IMG/VR virus record: IMGVR_UViG_3300032285_002671
Span: 1 to 56,880 of that record
DNA: 56,880 bases
Strand: one strand, 5' to 3'
From: a virus
Lineage: Duplodnaviria > Caudoviricetes
Below the pieces are notes generated by a model. The model ran no database searches. It saw only the letters and a list, made by a program, of their open reading frames with translations, and had not been told where the DNA came from. Shown piece by piece: positions 1-9,998 of this stretch (positions are counted from its first letter, which is position 1; each line of letters starts with the position of its first letter). The position numbers and the translations under genes are program-made.

Positions 1-284
1 TTATAATTAGTTATATATTGTCCTTCTTCAAACCCGTAAAGTTCTAAGTCTTTTTCAGGTGTAAGATTAATTTGATTATTTAATATAGAATAATTACTAA
101 ATAAACTAGTATAGTATAATAGATTTTGATTTAGATCATATATTGTATATTCAATATAATTAACACTAGAAGTAAAATCATTTTCAATATCAAAACTAGA
201 AATTAGATTTTGATCTTCATTTGAATATGTTTGTAACTCTAAAGTTATAGGGTCAATATTTTGTATGTTAATTATTTTATCCAT
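1..284 (-). CDS. hypothetical virion protein, partial (runs off window)
   Basis: ATG at 282-284 overlaps the TAA of the upstream ORF; open frame MDKIINIQNIDPITLELQ... to the window edge; not in supplied track. Confidence 0.75.
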   Translation of the reverse strand, partial: MDKIINIQNIDPITLELQTYSNEDQNLISSFDIENDFTSSVNYIEYTIYDLNQNLLYYTSLFSNYSILNNQINLTPEKDLELYGFEEGQYITNY

Positions 285-628
285 TATTTAGGTATACTAT
301 TACTTAAATTCAATATTTGTTGGTTTAATTCTAAATTTTGCTCTCTTAAAAACGTAATTTCATCAATTAAAGCTTGTATATTATCTCCTTGAAAAGTACC
401 AGCGTATTCTTGACTCGTCTTTATAATATATTCATGAGAATTAGTATCTCCAAATTTAGGAATATCAAAGAATAATTGATTATATGTTTGAAAAAAACCG
501 GGTATGTCCGTAGGAGTTATAGATGCTGTAGTAGGTATAGGCACAGTTAATTGAGTAAAAGAAGTATCAATTACTTTTTTATACTGATTTTTTTCAAATA
601 CTTTTTTATTTAAATTAATTTGAGCCAT
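284..628 (-). CDS. hypothetical virion-associated protein, C-terminal coiled coil
   Basis: Translationally coupled within baseplate operon. Confidence 0.6.
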   Translation of the reverse strand: MAQINLNKKVFEKNQYKKVIDTSFTQLTVPIPTTASITPTDIPGFFQTYNQLFFDIPKFGDTNSHEYIIKTSQEYAGTFQGDNIQALIDEITFLREQNLELNQQILNLSNSIPK

Positions 629-1752
629 TATCCGTTAACTATTTTAAAATAATAATCATTATCTAATACTATTGTACTACCATTAATAGTTGTTTTAATT
701 AATATTTTGTAATAACGTTCTGGTTGTAAACCATTCATGTATATATCAAAATAACTACTATTACTATCCGCACTAACTTGTGTATAATTACTATCAAAAT
801 CTATTATATACTCATTAGTATCTAAATCTTTTATAGCATAATATGACGCTGTAGGTAAATAATAATTAGTAGTATAAACTGATGCTGTTTGAAATAATTT
901 TGCTGGGTATTGTGGTCTACAATTTATTCTAAATCTATTAATACTTTCTGGGTAGAATACTCCTGGATTTTCTAATATAGATGCATATATTTGAGCTGTA
1001 TTAATTATAGTTTGTGTTGAAGATCCTGTATTAAATGTATAATCTCTCCATTTAAATTCTAATTCTGGTGGGTAGATAGTATGAGTATCTATTGAAAAGA
1101 ATTTTAAATCAGGTTGTATAGATTGTGAAGTAGAAAATTCAAGACTAGAATCCCATTTAACTATAAATCCATTATTTGGTAAAAATGAGCCTGACCATGC
1201 TTTAATTATATCTGTAACGTCAACGTTAAAATCTTTATTACTTCTAATATCATATGATTGAGAAGCTACTACATTTAAAGATACATTTGAAGATCCAGTA
1301 AACCATACTCCTCCTCCTTTATTTGTACTTAAAAAAGAAGCAGTAGCTCTAGCATTAAAACTAGATGTAGTCCAAATACTTCCACTAGCATAATTAGTCC
1401 AAGTCCAGCTTACTCCATCAGTTGTTATAGGACTATCACCATAATGTCCACTACCGTTATTCCAAGAACTAGATATTGGGTATACATAAACTGTACTATC
1501 AAATATTATTCCATCTGCGTTAGCAATATAACATCTTAAATTAGACTGCCAAGTTGATGAACTTATTTTAGTTGTTAAAATATCATTAATTTCAGTTTGA
1601 TCAAATGCTATTAAAAATCTAGAAACATTATTACTTCCATCTATAGCTAGAGGAGTTCCTACTTCTATAATAGAATCTAATCCAGTATTAGCTGATGGAT
1701 AATACGAGTATATAGTAGCGTCTTTATAAGGATATAATTTATATATTGCCAT
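628..1752 (-). CDS. DNRLRE-like beta-sandwich virion protein
   Basis: DATIY..SRFLIAFD..DVTDIIKAW..NNGFIVK..FFS.DT.TIYPPEL pattern; baseplate context. Confidence 0.55.
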   Translation of the reverse strand: MAIYKLYPYKDATIYSYYPSANTGLDSIIEVGTPLAIDGSNNVSRFLIAFDQTEINDILTTKISSSTWQSNLRCYIANADGIIFDSTVYVYPISSSWNNGSGHYGDSPITTDGVSWTWTNYASGSIWTTSSFNARATASFLSTNKGGGVWFTGSSNVSLNVVASQSYDIRSNKDFNVDVTDIIKAWSGSFLPNNGFIVKWDSSLEFSTSQSIQPDLKFFSIDTHTIYPPELEFKWRDYTFNTGSSTQTIINTAQIYASILENPGVFYPESINRFRINCRPQYPAKLFQTASVYTTNYYLPTASYYAIKDLDTNEYIIDFDSNYTQVSADSNSSYFDIYMNGLQPERYYKILIKTTINGSTIVLDNDYYFKIVNG

Positions 1753-1754
1753 TT

Positions 1755-3611
1755 TTATATTGTTACAATTTTACCTTGAATATCGGTGTTAGGATATTTA
1801 ATTTCAAATATAGAAGGATCTAAACTAGGATATATAGTATTATTTTGTGTAGCTCCTTTTAAATCGTAAGCATATTGAGAGTATCCTAAACTAGTACCTA
1901 CTTTATTCACTACATCTACTGATTTAACAGTTTGAACTCCTTCAATTTTATCTAACAATAAATATAAATCCTTCAATAATATTGGTTGATTTATTAACCA
2001 TTTATCTATAGCAAAATAATTTTGTAAAGATTGGATACATGCTATTAATACTTCATTACTATTATAATCAGGTAAAACTGTTATTTCAAAATTTATTCCA
2101 ATATTAACAATAAAACCATCTTTTATTCTAATAGAATCTCCAATAACTCTATTTTGAGATAAATAAGTTGATAAATTTTGTTTTAAAGTACTAGAACAAA
2201 TATTTAAATTTTTATTTATATCATATGTTAAAACATATAAATCTAAAGTTGAAGGAGTTTCACCTAAATGTATATTTTGAGCTTTAACTGATTCAATATA
2301 TGCTTTAGCTATTACTCCATACTGAGATGGCATACTTAATACTCTAACTAAATAATCATCTTGAGTTACTGTTCTTTGTTGTGTAGCAAAATTTGCTATT
2401 GAATTTTGTCTTAATTCTTCGATAGTATCTCCGTCTTGTCCTCCATTTGCAGCTGCTGGGTTATTAACAGCTATAGATGAAAATATAGCGTTAGCTGTAG
2501 TACTATTTAAATTAGGAGTAACAAATGTTGGATTATTAATTAAAGTATTAATAGTATTAGCAGGTACATTTGCATTTACTCCTCCGCCAGTTAAATATCT
2601 AACGGTTAATGTAGTATTTGAAGGAGCTATACCATAAGTTTTAGTAAATATAAAGTTAGAAGGAGAATAAGCAGTTGTTAATTTACTTTGTTCTGATGGT
2701 AAACCTAAACCAACATTAAACGGATTAGGTGTTATTTCTTCATCATCATCACTTGTTGTTCCAGCTCCAAATTGAATTTGTAATGATCCTGAGTTAATAA
2801 AACGTGTAGCAAATCTACGTTGTACTTTTTCTAGTTTTAATAAATACGGAGCATCTCCATTATTAATTGCTGAGTTTGGATCATTAGTATTAGTATTTTT
2901 AATATTTTTATATACTGTTTCTTGAGCTAAATAATCTACTTCATACCAAATATTACCATTACTATCAGTAATATCTAATATACCAATTAAATTTTCAGTA
3001 TTTATATTTACTGTACTAAAAGATTGAGGTGCCCCAAAACTAAATGTAGTAGTATTGATAGTAGCAGATATAGCTTTGCGAGTCTTTTTTAATAAGAAAT
3101 AAGCAGGTTCATTACCTGATAAACTATATACTGTTACTTCTGTAGGATCTACTGAGCTAGATGTTGAAAAATCTATAGGATCTTGAATAAGAAAATTAAT
3201 AGAACCAGATGAATTTGATTTAACAGATGTATTTGGTGAAAAATATAATGAATATGAAAAATCAGGTATTTTTACACTTCCACTAGTGATAGCAGGTACT
3301 TGTTGATATATATCTATATCTGTCACTGCTACTCCTGTAACATTTGGTTTATATCCAAACATATAAGCTAATTCATATAAATTATTAGTTTGTCTGGCGT
3401 ATTGTAAAAATGTTTCTTGTATTTGATTATCTTGATAAAAAGATAAAACATCTCCTACATATGCGGCCATTTCCATAAATGCCATACCTGGTGAAGATGG
3501 ACTAAAATCATTATATGTAGTTGGAAAGTAAGTTTTAGTAAAATCTATAAGTGCTTGTCTTAATTCACTAAAATCTTTATTAATATATTTTATATCTCTT
3601 TTATCAGCCAT
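1755..3611 (-). CDS. baseplate wedge subunit (T4 gp6 / baseplate J-like)
   Basis: KDFSELRQAL..YFP..YNDFS..G..FMEMAAYVGDVLSFY.D N-terminus; VRYLTGGG; GGQDGDTIEELR..QQRTVTQDDY. Confidence 0.85.
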   Translation of the reverse strand: MADKRDIKYINKDFSELRQALIDFTKTYFPTTYNDFSPSSPGMAFMEMAAYVGDVLSFYQDNQIQETFLQYARQTNNLYELAYMFGYKPNVTGVAVTDIDIYQQVPAITSGSVKIPDFSYSLYFSPNTSVKSNSSGSINFLIQDPIDFSTSSSVDPTEVTVYSLSGNEPAYFLLKKTRKAISATINTTTFSFGAPQSFSTVNINTENLIGILDITDSNGNIWYEVDYLAQETVYKNIKNTNTNDPNSAINNGDAPYLLKLEKVQRRFATRFINSGSLQIQFGAGTTSDDDEEITPNPFNVGLGLPSEQSKLTTAYSPSNFIFTKTYGIAPSNTTLTVRYLTGGGVNANVPANTINTLINNPTFVTPNLNSTTANAIFSSIAVNNPAAANGGQDGDTIEELRQNSIANFATQQRTVTQDDYLVRVLSMPSQYGVIAKAYIESVKAQNIHLGETPSTLDLYVLTYDINKNLNICSSTLKQNLSTYLSQNRVIGDSIRIKDGFIVNIGINFEITVLPDYNSNEVLIACIQSLQNYFAIDKWLINQPILLKDLYLLLDKIEGVQTVKSVDVVNKVGTSLGYSQYAYDLKGATQNNTIYPSLDPSIFEIKYPNTDIQGKIVTI

Positions 3612-4018
3612 TAGTTGAATTGTATTTGTAAATTATCGTTTATACCTGTATCTTTAATTGAATAAAACATTTCTACAACTATTGCATTATCATCTTCGTA
3701 TTGAAGAATATTTAAATTATTAATTATAACACTAGGAAAATATGTAGCTACTAAGCGTTGTATATCTTCCTTTAAAAAATCGGTAGTATTATTGCTAATT
3801 TGTTCAAAAATATAACTTCTTAAGTTAGCGCCAAAATTTGGTCTTAAGTATCTTTCAGTAGTATTAGTTAAAAAAAAGTTAATTAAATTATTTTTTATAG
3901 CATCTTTTGTTTGATATGATGAACCAAATACTCCTGGTTTATTGAAAGGTATAGTTATACCTATAGCCAATCTAGGCTTTAAATCAATAGGATATATTTT
4001 TTTAGCATTAAACGCCAT
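3611..4018 (-). CDS. baseplate protein, GPW/gp25-like
   Basis: IKNNLINFFLTN..ERYLRPNFGANLRSYIFE motif; adjacent to gp6-like gene. Confidence 0.85.
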   Translation of the reverse strand: MAFNAKKIYPIDLKPRLAIGITIPFNKPGVFGSSYQTKDAIKNNLINFFLTNTTERYLRPNFGANLRSYIFEQISNNTTDFLKEDIQRLVATYFPSVIINNLNILQYEDDNAIVVEMFYSIKDTGINDNLQIQFN

Positions 4019-4368
4019 TATTTAGTATTTAAAAGTCCCATTATTTGGTTCATATTTAACTCACCAGGTGGTAAAGATGATCCTTCTGCTGCGGTATTCA
4101 TTGGTCTAGGTACAAAAGAGTTAGTATTAAAACTAATAGTATCTTGACCTACACCTGCTGTTTCATTTAATATTTCCATATATTTTTGACGTTTATCAGC
4201 TGCTGGAATAACATTTGATAAATTTTCTGTAACAGCTCCATAATTTCCTGCGCTAGCTTGTTGTATTTTAGGCGCTTTAACTGCTTCTAAAAGAATATCT
4301 TTCAATTCTTCTTGAATTGCTTCTTTTACTGCTTGTTTAATAATTTTTTTAAAATCATTTGCTTTCAT
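4018..4368 (-). CDS. hypothetical protein, probable head-associated
   Basis: N-terminal FKKIIK.AVKEAIQEEL..ILLEA motif shared with other late proteins. Confidence 0.5.
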   Translation of the reverse strand: MKANDFKKIIKQAVKEAIQEELKDILLEAVKAPKIQQASAGNYGAVTENLSNVIPAADKRQKYMEILNETAGVGQDTISFNTNSFVPRPMNTAAEGSSLPPGELNMNQIMGLLNTK

Positions 4369-4386
4369 ATAATTATAAATATTTGA

Positions 4387-5340
4387 TTAGTTAGCTTTTA
4401 AATTATCTTTATCGATAATAAATTTAAGTTCGTCTATTAATGTTTGTTGATTTTCTGTAAAGGATAATGCTGTTTCAATAAGTTTAATACCACTTGAATT
4501 AATAGCTACAGCTTTTATGCGATTAACTGTTGGAGTATATGGTACTGTTTCAATTTGAAATTCAAATCCTTTATATGAATATGGATTAGTTTGTCCAATT
4601 GTATTATTATTTTGTTGTTCAGCTATAGCAGATAAATTATTAGATATTGGTACTAAATTTGATGTAGGGTCACATTTTGATAATAAAGCATCTAATGAAT
4701 TTAATATATTAATAATAACAGTTATAGTTATACTAACTAAACTTATTGCTAAAGATGTATTATCTATTATAGATTTATATTTATCTATTTTAGGTTTATT
4801 ATCTCGTATTAAATCTTTTAATTTAGATAAAGCCACAACTGGGGCCCCAGATAATGCAGGTGGTGGAGTAGCTGCTAAAGTACTTTCAGCTATAGGAATT
4901 ATAGCGTCTGTTGTTAATATTAAATTAGAAATAATATCATAAGTTAATGATACTCCTGTTAAAGTCACGGCAGTTGCATTTAATGATGAACCTATTTGAT
5001 TTAACATATTTACTATTTCATTACGTTTTTGAATTAACGATTTTAATAAATCATTATTAGGACATAAATCTGGTAGTTTAGGTTTTTGTGCTTTTAACTC
5101 ACTTAAACCAGCTTGAGTAGCAATTGTTATTAAAGCAGGTAATATAGTAATTAATAACGTTTTACCTTGATTTAAAATACGATTTTGTAAAGCAGCTGCA
5201 CCTGTTGGTTTTAAATCACTAGAGGTAGCATTATTAATATCAGTTTCACTAGTACCTAAAGTATCTCCAATACTAGCGTTTGTTTCTCTAGTTTGTTTAT
5301 CTTTTGCTCTTTCTTGCTCTTTTTGTTCAGTACTAGTCAT
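4387..5340 (-). CDS. hypothetical helical virion protein
   Basis: 317 aa ORF in baseplate operon. Confidence 0.55.
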   Translation of the reverse strand: MTSTEQKEQERAKDKQTRETNASIGDTLGTSETDINNATSSDLKPTGAAALQNRILNQGKTLLITILPALITIATQAGLSELKAQKPKLPDLCPNNDLLKSLIQKRNEIVNMLNQIGSSLNATAVTLTGVSLTYDIISNLILTTDAIIPIAESTLAATPPPALSGAPVVALSKLKDLIRDNKPKIDKYKSIIDNTSLAISLVSITITVIINILNSLDALLSKCDPTSNLVPISNNLSAIAEQQNNNTIGQTNPYSYKGFEFQIETVPYTPTVNRIKAVAINSSGIKLIETALSFTENQQTLIDELKFIIDKDNLKAN

Positions 5341-5341
5341 A

Positions 5342-6574
5342 TTATATTACGAATACGTCTTTAGATTTTAAAGAATTTAAATTAGATGCTAATTGTTGTA
5401 ACAAAGCAGCAGTTTGAGAAGCATTAGCATTTATTGGACCTAAAGGAGTTCCAGGAGCTGTACTTACTGTTGTTGCTGTTATATTCATAAACGTAACTAA
5501 TGAATTAACTAACTGTTGTAATAATTTTATAGTTGAATCACCTAATAATACTGATTCTGTAGCATTTTTAGAACCTAAATATAAAGTGTTAGATTGTATT
5601 GTAGTAATATCTGTATCTATATTTATACTATTAATAGCATTTAAATTAATAGATTTATTAGAACTTAATAAAATATGATCTACAGTCGAATTAAATATTA
5701 AACGTCCTGAATTTAAGATTATTTGTTTTCCAGTATATTGATCTGGTGATTGAGGTGGATTAGATTTATAACTAAAATAATTAGATGATGCTGCTTTTAA
5801 TGGTATTTTTTGAGTACTTGTAGCATAAATAGAAGAATCATCATTATTAATATCTTCTAATATCGGAACCCAACCCTCTTCTGTTTGTTTACCTTGACCA
5901 TTTTTAATTATTAAAATAGGATCTCCATTTGAACCTGTTGTAGACCAATTGTTAGATTTATCTTTTACAGTAGAACCAAATCTAATACTATTTCCCCATC
6001 TACCTTCAGTAATAATATCCCCTTCAAAAGGTAATAACGGATGAATATTAGAGCGTTCTTTAAAAGTATTACCTAAATTTATTTCAGTTGATTTATCTGT
6101 AATTCTTCTAGCACTACCTCCTTGAGTTTGAATATAATCTTTATTTTGATTAGCATTTAATTCGTAAGGATTAGTAGGAAATCCATTATGATGTGGGTGA
6201 TTCCATAACGATACTATACTAATATAATACTTCTTTTTAGAAGATGAAAAATTAGCTAAACCAGTATCTGGTAAATCTATTAAATAAATAATCTCATTAA
6301 TTAAAGGATATTGTTTATTATTAGGATTAATAGGATAAGCGTATCCTTCAACACTTGAATCATATGGTTTATCAGCACTTATATATTCTACTACACCTAA
6401 TCCGTTCCATTCTCCGTAATCTTTAAATTTAGGATTAGAACTATCTAATATTATATTTTTAACCCTAACAGGAACTATTATTTGTTGTAAAGCTGTTTGT
6501 AAATTAGCATTAAAATTATTGCTACTTTTATTAGCACTAAACTTACTATTTAAACCACCAAATCCGTACTTCAT
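5342..6574 (-). CDS. baseplate hub/spike protein (gp5/gpV-like)
   Basis: OB-like N-terminus (AYP..YPLINEIIYL..YYIS), EGDIITEGRWGNSIRFGS, beta-repeat C-terminus; position in baseplate cluster. Confidence 0.55.
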   Translation of the reverse strand: MKYGFGGLNSKFSANKSSNNFNANLQTALQQIIVPVRVKNIILDSSNPKFKDYGEWNGLGVVEYISADKPYDSSVEGYAYPINPNNKQYPLINEIIYLIDLPDTGLANFSSSKKKYYISIVSLWNHPHHNGFPTNPYELNANQNKDYIQTQGGSARRITDKSTEINLGNTFKERSNIHPLLPFEGDIITEGRWGNSIRFGSTVKDKSNNWSTTGSNGDPILIIKNGQGKQTEEGWVPILEDINNDDSSIYATSTQKIPLKAASSNYFSYKSNPPQSPDQYTGKQIILNSGRLIFNSTVDHILLSSNKSINLNAINSINIDTDITTIQSNTLYLGSKNATESVLLGDSTIKLLQQLVNSLVTFMNITATTVSTAPGTPLGPINANASQTAALLQQLASNLNSLKSKDVFVI

Positions 6575-6918
6575 TATTTGCTTTCCTTTTCAATTTTTTC
6601 AATTTCAGCTAATAATTGTGCTTTCTCAGCTTCTGATATTCCGAATCCTCCATCCTCATTTGATGTAGCATTGGACATAGCTCGTTGAATAATAGTTGCT
6701 ACTTTAATTAATTGTTCATCATTTTTTACATCTATTTCAAGATATTCTTTAATTAACGGAACAATTAATGTTGCATCAGCAATACTTTCTACTAATGGTT
6801 TTAATTCTGATATTAAAGCAGAAATTTGCTTAGATTTCTTTTTTTGGTTTTCATATATTTCTTCTAATAAACTAGAAAATGTTTTTTTACCAAATATTAT
6901 TTTATCAAAGTCAGCCAT
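6574..6918 (-). CDS. hypothetical protein
   Basis: 114 aa helical ORF coupled to spike gene. Confidence 0.6.
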   Translation of the reverse strand: MADFDKIIFGKKTFSSLLEEIYENQKKKSKQISALISELKPLVESIADATLIVPLIKEYLEIDVKNDEQLIKVATIIQRAMSNATSNEDGGFGISEAEKAQLLAEIEKIEKESK

Positions 6919-6952
6919 ATTTATATTATTATTTTATAATAAATATAGATAT

Positions 6953-7654
6953 TTAAAACTTTACATATCCATTCTCTAAATAAAACGCATAACCGCGTTT
7001 AAATATATCATATAATAATCCTGCGATTTTAGTAATTTTAGGAGTTTTAATATCAATAATTTCTCGTATATAAATATATAATGCTTTTTTATTAAAAATA
7101 TCTAGATGCTCACGTTTACGAAATAATTCTAAAATAGCATCAGCTGCTTTAGCGTCGTTTTCTTTAGGAAATAATTTAAAAATATTACCGGTACAATATT
7201 CTACATATTGATCTATAAACCAATATAATTTATCATGATTATCGTTAGTATTTACGATATAAGTTAACGATTCATCATCATCTATATTATCAATATTAAT
7301 TTTATCTATACGTTTTTTATAGTTTTTAGTATTATTAATTATAAGATAACGTTTAGCTATAGTTCCAAAGTATGAATAAGCCTTAGCTCCTTTACTAGGA
7401 TCAAATAAATGAATCTTAGATAATAAAAATGTTATTACCTCATGTTGTAAATCCTCAATATTATCTACTTCTGTATAATAAAATTTAAAAGTATGAATAA
7501 TATTTTCAGTTAGTTTAAAAAACGCTGGGTGGATTTCGTTATTATATATTTTACTTTTTTCCGCTGAAGATAAAGTATTATTATACTTAACTATTGCAGC
7601 TTCTGTTTCTGATGTAAAATATATTACTGAGGTTTTCTTTTTAGTTTTAGCCAT
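6953..7654 (-). CDS. phage sigma factor (sigma70 region 2, gp55-like late sigma)
   Basis: EDLQHE...FDPSKGAKAYSYFGTIA resembles sigma70 regions 2.2-2.4. Confidence 0.75.
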   Translation of the reverse strand: MAKTKKKTSVIYFTSETEAAIVKYNNTLSSAEKSKIYNNEIHPAFFKLTENIIHTFKFYYTEVDNIEDLQHEVITFLLSKIHLFDPSKGAKAYSYFGTIAKRYLIINNTKNYKKRIDKINIDNIDDDESLTYIVNTNDNHDKLYWFIDQYVEYCTGNIFKLFPKENDAKAADAILELFRKREHLDIFNKKALYIYIREIIDIKTPKITKIAGLLYDIFKRGYAFYLENGYVKF

Positions 7655-7655
7655 A

Positions 7656-7934
7656 TTAAAAATTTCTCAACTTATATTGGTTTATAATTTCTTGAATTGC
7701 TTTTATTTTTTCAAAAAACCAACCTATTTCGTCGTCATTTTTAAATATACCTTGCTCGTCAATTTCTTTAAGTTTCTTATCAGTTTCGTAAATAACGTCG
7801 TTCATTCTATTCATATATTCTCTATATGAATAAATGATATCTTCGGCTTTTTCATTTTTACGAAGTAAGTTAAAGGTCGTATATCCTAAGATTACGACCA
7901 AAACACTTAAAACACTAATTAATACTATTATCAT
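7656..7934 (-). CDS. membrane-anchored hypothetical protein
   Basis: N-terminal hydrophobic helix plus coiled coil. Confidence 0.6.
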   Translation of the reverse strand: MIIVLISVLSVLVVILGYTTFNLLRKNEKAEDIIYSYREYMNRMNDVIYETDKKLKEIDEQGIFKNDDEIGWFFEKIKAIQEIINQYKLRNF

Positions 7935-8803
7935 AAATTATCTAACATATTTTTTAAACTATCACTTTTTATAGTTGATAAAGCTTTAGTTTTAGCTGGT
8001 AATGATTTAATTTTTTGTTCTGTTGATTTTTTATTATCTAAATCACTTGGTGTTTCAAATAATTTATCATACGACGATTTAATTGAATCAGACTCGGTTG
8101 TTTTTTTCTTATCTAATGTAAAATTCTTTTCTGGCTTAGACACGTTACCTTTAAGTTTAGGCAACCATTCTTTTTCAAACTCAATCCTAGCTGCCATTAA
8201 ATCAGCTTGATGAATAATATAAACTAATGATGTACGTGGTTTAGTTTCTGGTAAATATGATGTTAAATACGGTTTATTTGAATCATCATATAACCCATCA
8301 TGTAATTTAATTGCTAAAATTTCGTTTTTAGAAGCAAAAATACCATGTGTTGTTAACATATATAATCCTCTATCTGGGATAGACATATATTCTAAACGAT
8401 CATTAAATTTATATTCTTCTCCTAATTTATCTCTACGCCATTGATCCGTTTGAGGAATATAAGATTCATGATTCTCATCACCCATTTTACCTAAGTCATG
8501 ATTAAGAGCTGAAAAGACCAATTCTTCACGAGTATAAGTAGAAGTATCTACCCCCATTTCCTCCCAGATATTATGTACTTTAATAGCACATTGCACTACT
8601 CGATTAACATGGTCTATATATCCTCCTGGAAATACATTATGATATTCTTTCTTATAAGATGCAGGCATTAATATAAGACGATCTTGATATTTCTTATAAA
8701 ACTCAAGTAATTTATCTTTACGTTCTCCTGTAATCTCATTTTCTATTAAAGTAATAATAGAATTCCAGTTTTCTTGAATCTGTTCAGCTGTTAATTTTTC
8801 CAT
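7931..8803 (-). CDS. HD-domain phosphohydrolase
   Basis: H..FPGGYIDH, LNHDLGKMG, LHDG, HQAD motifs. Confidence 0.85.
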   Translation of the reverse strand: MEKLTAEQIQENWNSIITLIENEITGERKDKLLEFYKKYQDRLILMPASYKKEYHNVFPGGYIDHVNRVVQCAIKVHNIWEEMGVDTSTYTREELVFSALNHDLGKMGDENHESYIPQTDQWRRDKLGEEYKFNDRLEYMSIPDRGLYMLTTHGIFASKNEILAIKLHDGLYDDSNKPYLTSYLPETKPRTSLVYIIHQADLMAARIEFEKEWLPKLKGNVSKPEKNFTLDKKKTTESDSIKSSYDKLFETPSDLDNKKSTEQKIKSLPAKTKALSTIKSDSLKNMLDNL

Positions 8804-8826
8804 AACTTTTATTTTTATTAAATTTT

Positions 8827-9027
8827 TTATTGTAATCCGTATCCTTCGTCAGCAGATAGTGGTTCTTGTTGGATGAGTGATTTTACTTCTGCTAATATTT
8901 CTTCAGTAGCTTCGATAGTATCGAAATATTCTTCAATAGGTTGTTGTCTACTTACCATAAATCTTAAATTCTTTAATTGCGCCTCGATATTCTCTATCTT
9001 ACGCGTTGTTAATTCTCTATATCTCAT
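8827..9027 (-). CDS. hypothetical protein
   Basis: 66 aa ORF downstream of promoter 9122-9153. Confidence 0.6.
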   Translation of the reverse strand: MRYRELTTRKIENIEAQLKNLRFMVSRQQPIEEYFDTIEATEEILAEVKSLIQQEPLSADEGYGLQ

Positions 9028-9121
9028 ATTTATAATTATTTATACGTTCTATCCCCTAACCCGTTATCTATCCTCCCTATTCTCAGTTCCTTATTCTTCT
9101 TTTATTCCTATACTCGTAATA

Positions 9122-9153
9122 GTAATATATGATATTATTTATACAGAGCCAAA
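9122..9153 (-). promoter_or_regulatory. Bacteroidota-type promoter (TTTG-N20-TATATTAC)
   Basis: Matches repeated -33/-7 motif with 20-nt spacer. Confidence 0.6.
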
Positions 9154-9154
9154 C

Positions 9155-9613
9155 TTAGGTTAAATTTTTTTCAACTATATTTTTAATTTTTACTAAAAAA
9201 GAACATTTTTCATATTCTTCAATATCTTCAAAATATAATATAGCATAGTTTAATGACTGTAATACTTTTATATTTGAATTATTTTTTAATACAGTAAAAT
9301 CTAAATCTCGCTCTACATCAATTTTTCGTATAAATTCATACGCTTTATTGTATATAATAAACTCTCCAGCGTCATTAACGTCATTTATGTTAAAATCTAA
9401 GAAAGTGGTTTTAAACGTATTTAAAAGAGTCTTATTATATATATTATAATTATTAACCAATTTATAAAACATTCCTAACCAAACTACTGGATGTTCACGA
9501 TATTTATCAAAAAATTCTATCCTAGCTTTCAGATCATATTGATCTAAAGCATCAATTCCTAAATCATCATAACTAGATGATTCAAATAATCCGAATATTT
9601 TATTTATGTCCAT
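9155..9613 (-). CDS. hypothetical protein with C-terminal UVR-like motif
   Basis: AILYFEDIEEYEKC..L motif. Confidence 0.55.
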   Translation of the reverse strand: MDINKIFGLFESSSYDDLGIDALDQYDLKARIEFFDKYREHPVVWLGMFYKLVNNYNIYNKTLLNTFKTTFLDFNINDVNDAGEFIIYNKAYEFIRKIDVERDLDFTVLKNNSNIKVLQSLNYAILYFEDIEEYEKCSFLVKIKNIVEKNLT

Positions 9614-9623
9614 AATAAAAGAG

Positions 9624-9668
9624 AAAACCCCAACTAGTTTCTAATACGTCTATTAGTCTTAGTTGGGG
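9624..9668 (-). terminator. hairpin with U-tract (probable intrinsic terminator)
   Basis: CCCCAACTA...TAGTTGGGG followed by TTTTCTCTTTT on minus strand. Confidence 0.6.
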
Positions 9669-9710
9669 ATGCTAATATAAGTTATGCCTTAGGCTATTCC
9701 TTTATTTAGC

Positions 9711-9750
9711 AAAAAAACCACAGGGCTGATCTTACGGGAAGCATCGTGGT
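9711..9750 (-). terminator. hairpin with U7 tract
   Basis: ACCAC..GCT..AGC..GTGGT then T-run on minus strand, just after lipoprotein gene. Confidence 0.55.
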
Positions 9751-9756
9751 ACTTTA

Positions 9757-9948
9757 CTACTTAACTTCTGTAGTATCTACAGTTTTTTCCATTTCTGCGT
9801 GAATTGAATCTTCAATTTCAAAAATACCCATAGTATCTTCTGATACTTGAGCTGAATCTCCACCCATTAAACCTGATTTTGTTGTTGTGTTGTTTGAACA
9901 CGATGCAAACACTGTTGCAATTGCGATTGTTAATAATACTCTTTTCAT
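9757..9948 (-). CDS. small lipoprotein
   Basis: Signal peptide II with lipobox FASC. Confidence 0.75.
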   Translation of the reverse strand: MKRVLLTIAIATVFASCSNNTTTKSGLMGGDSAQVSEDTMGIFEIEDSIHAEMEKTVDTTEVK

Positions 9949-9966
9949 TTTTTGTTTTTTACTTTT

Positions 9967-9998
9967 TAAATATAATATAAATATCTTTATTCTCCAAA
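9967..9998 (-). promoter_or_regulatory. Bacteroidota-type promoter
   Basis: TTTG-N20-TATATTTA; -33 box lies inside the 3' end of the upstream ORF. Confidence 0.65.
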
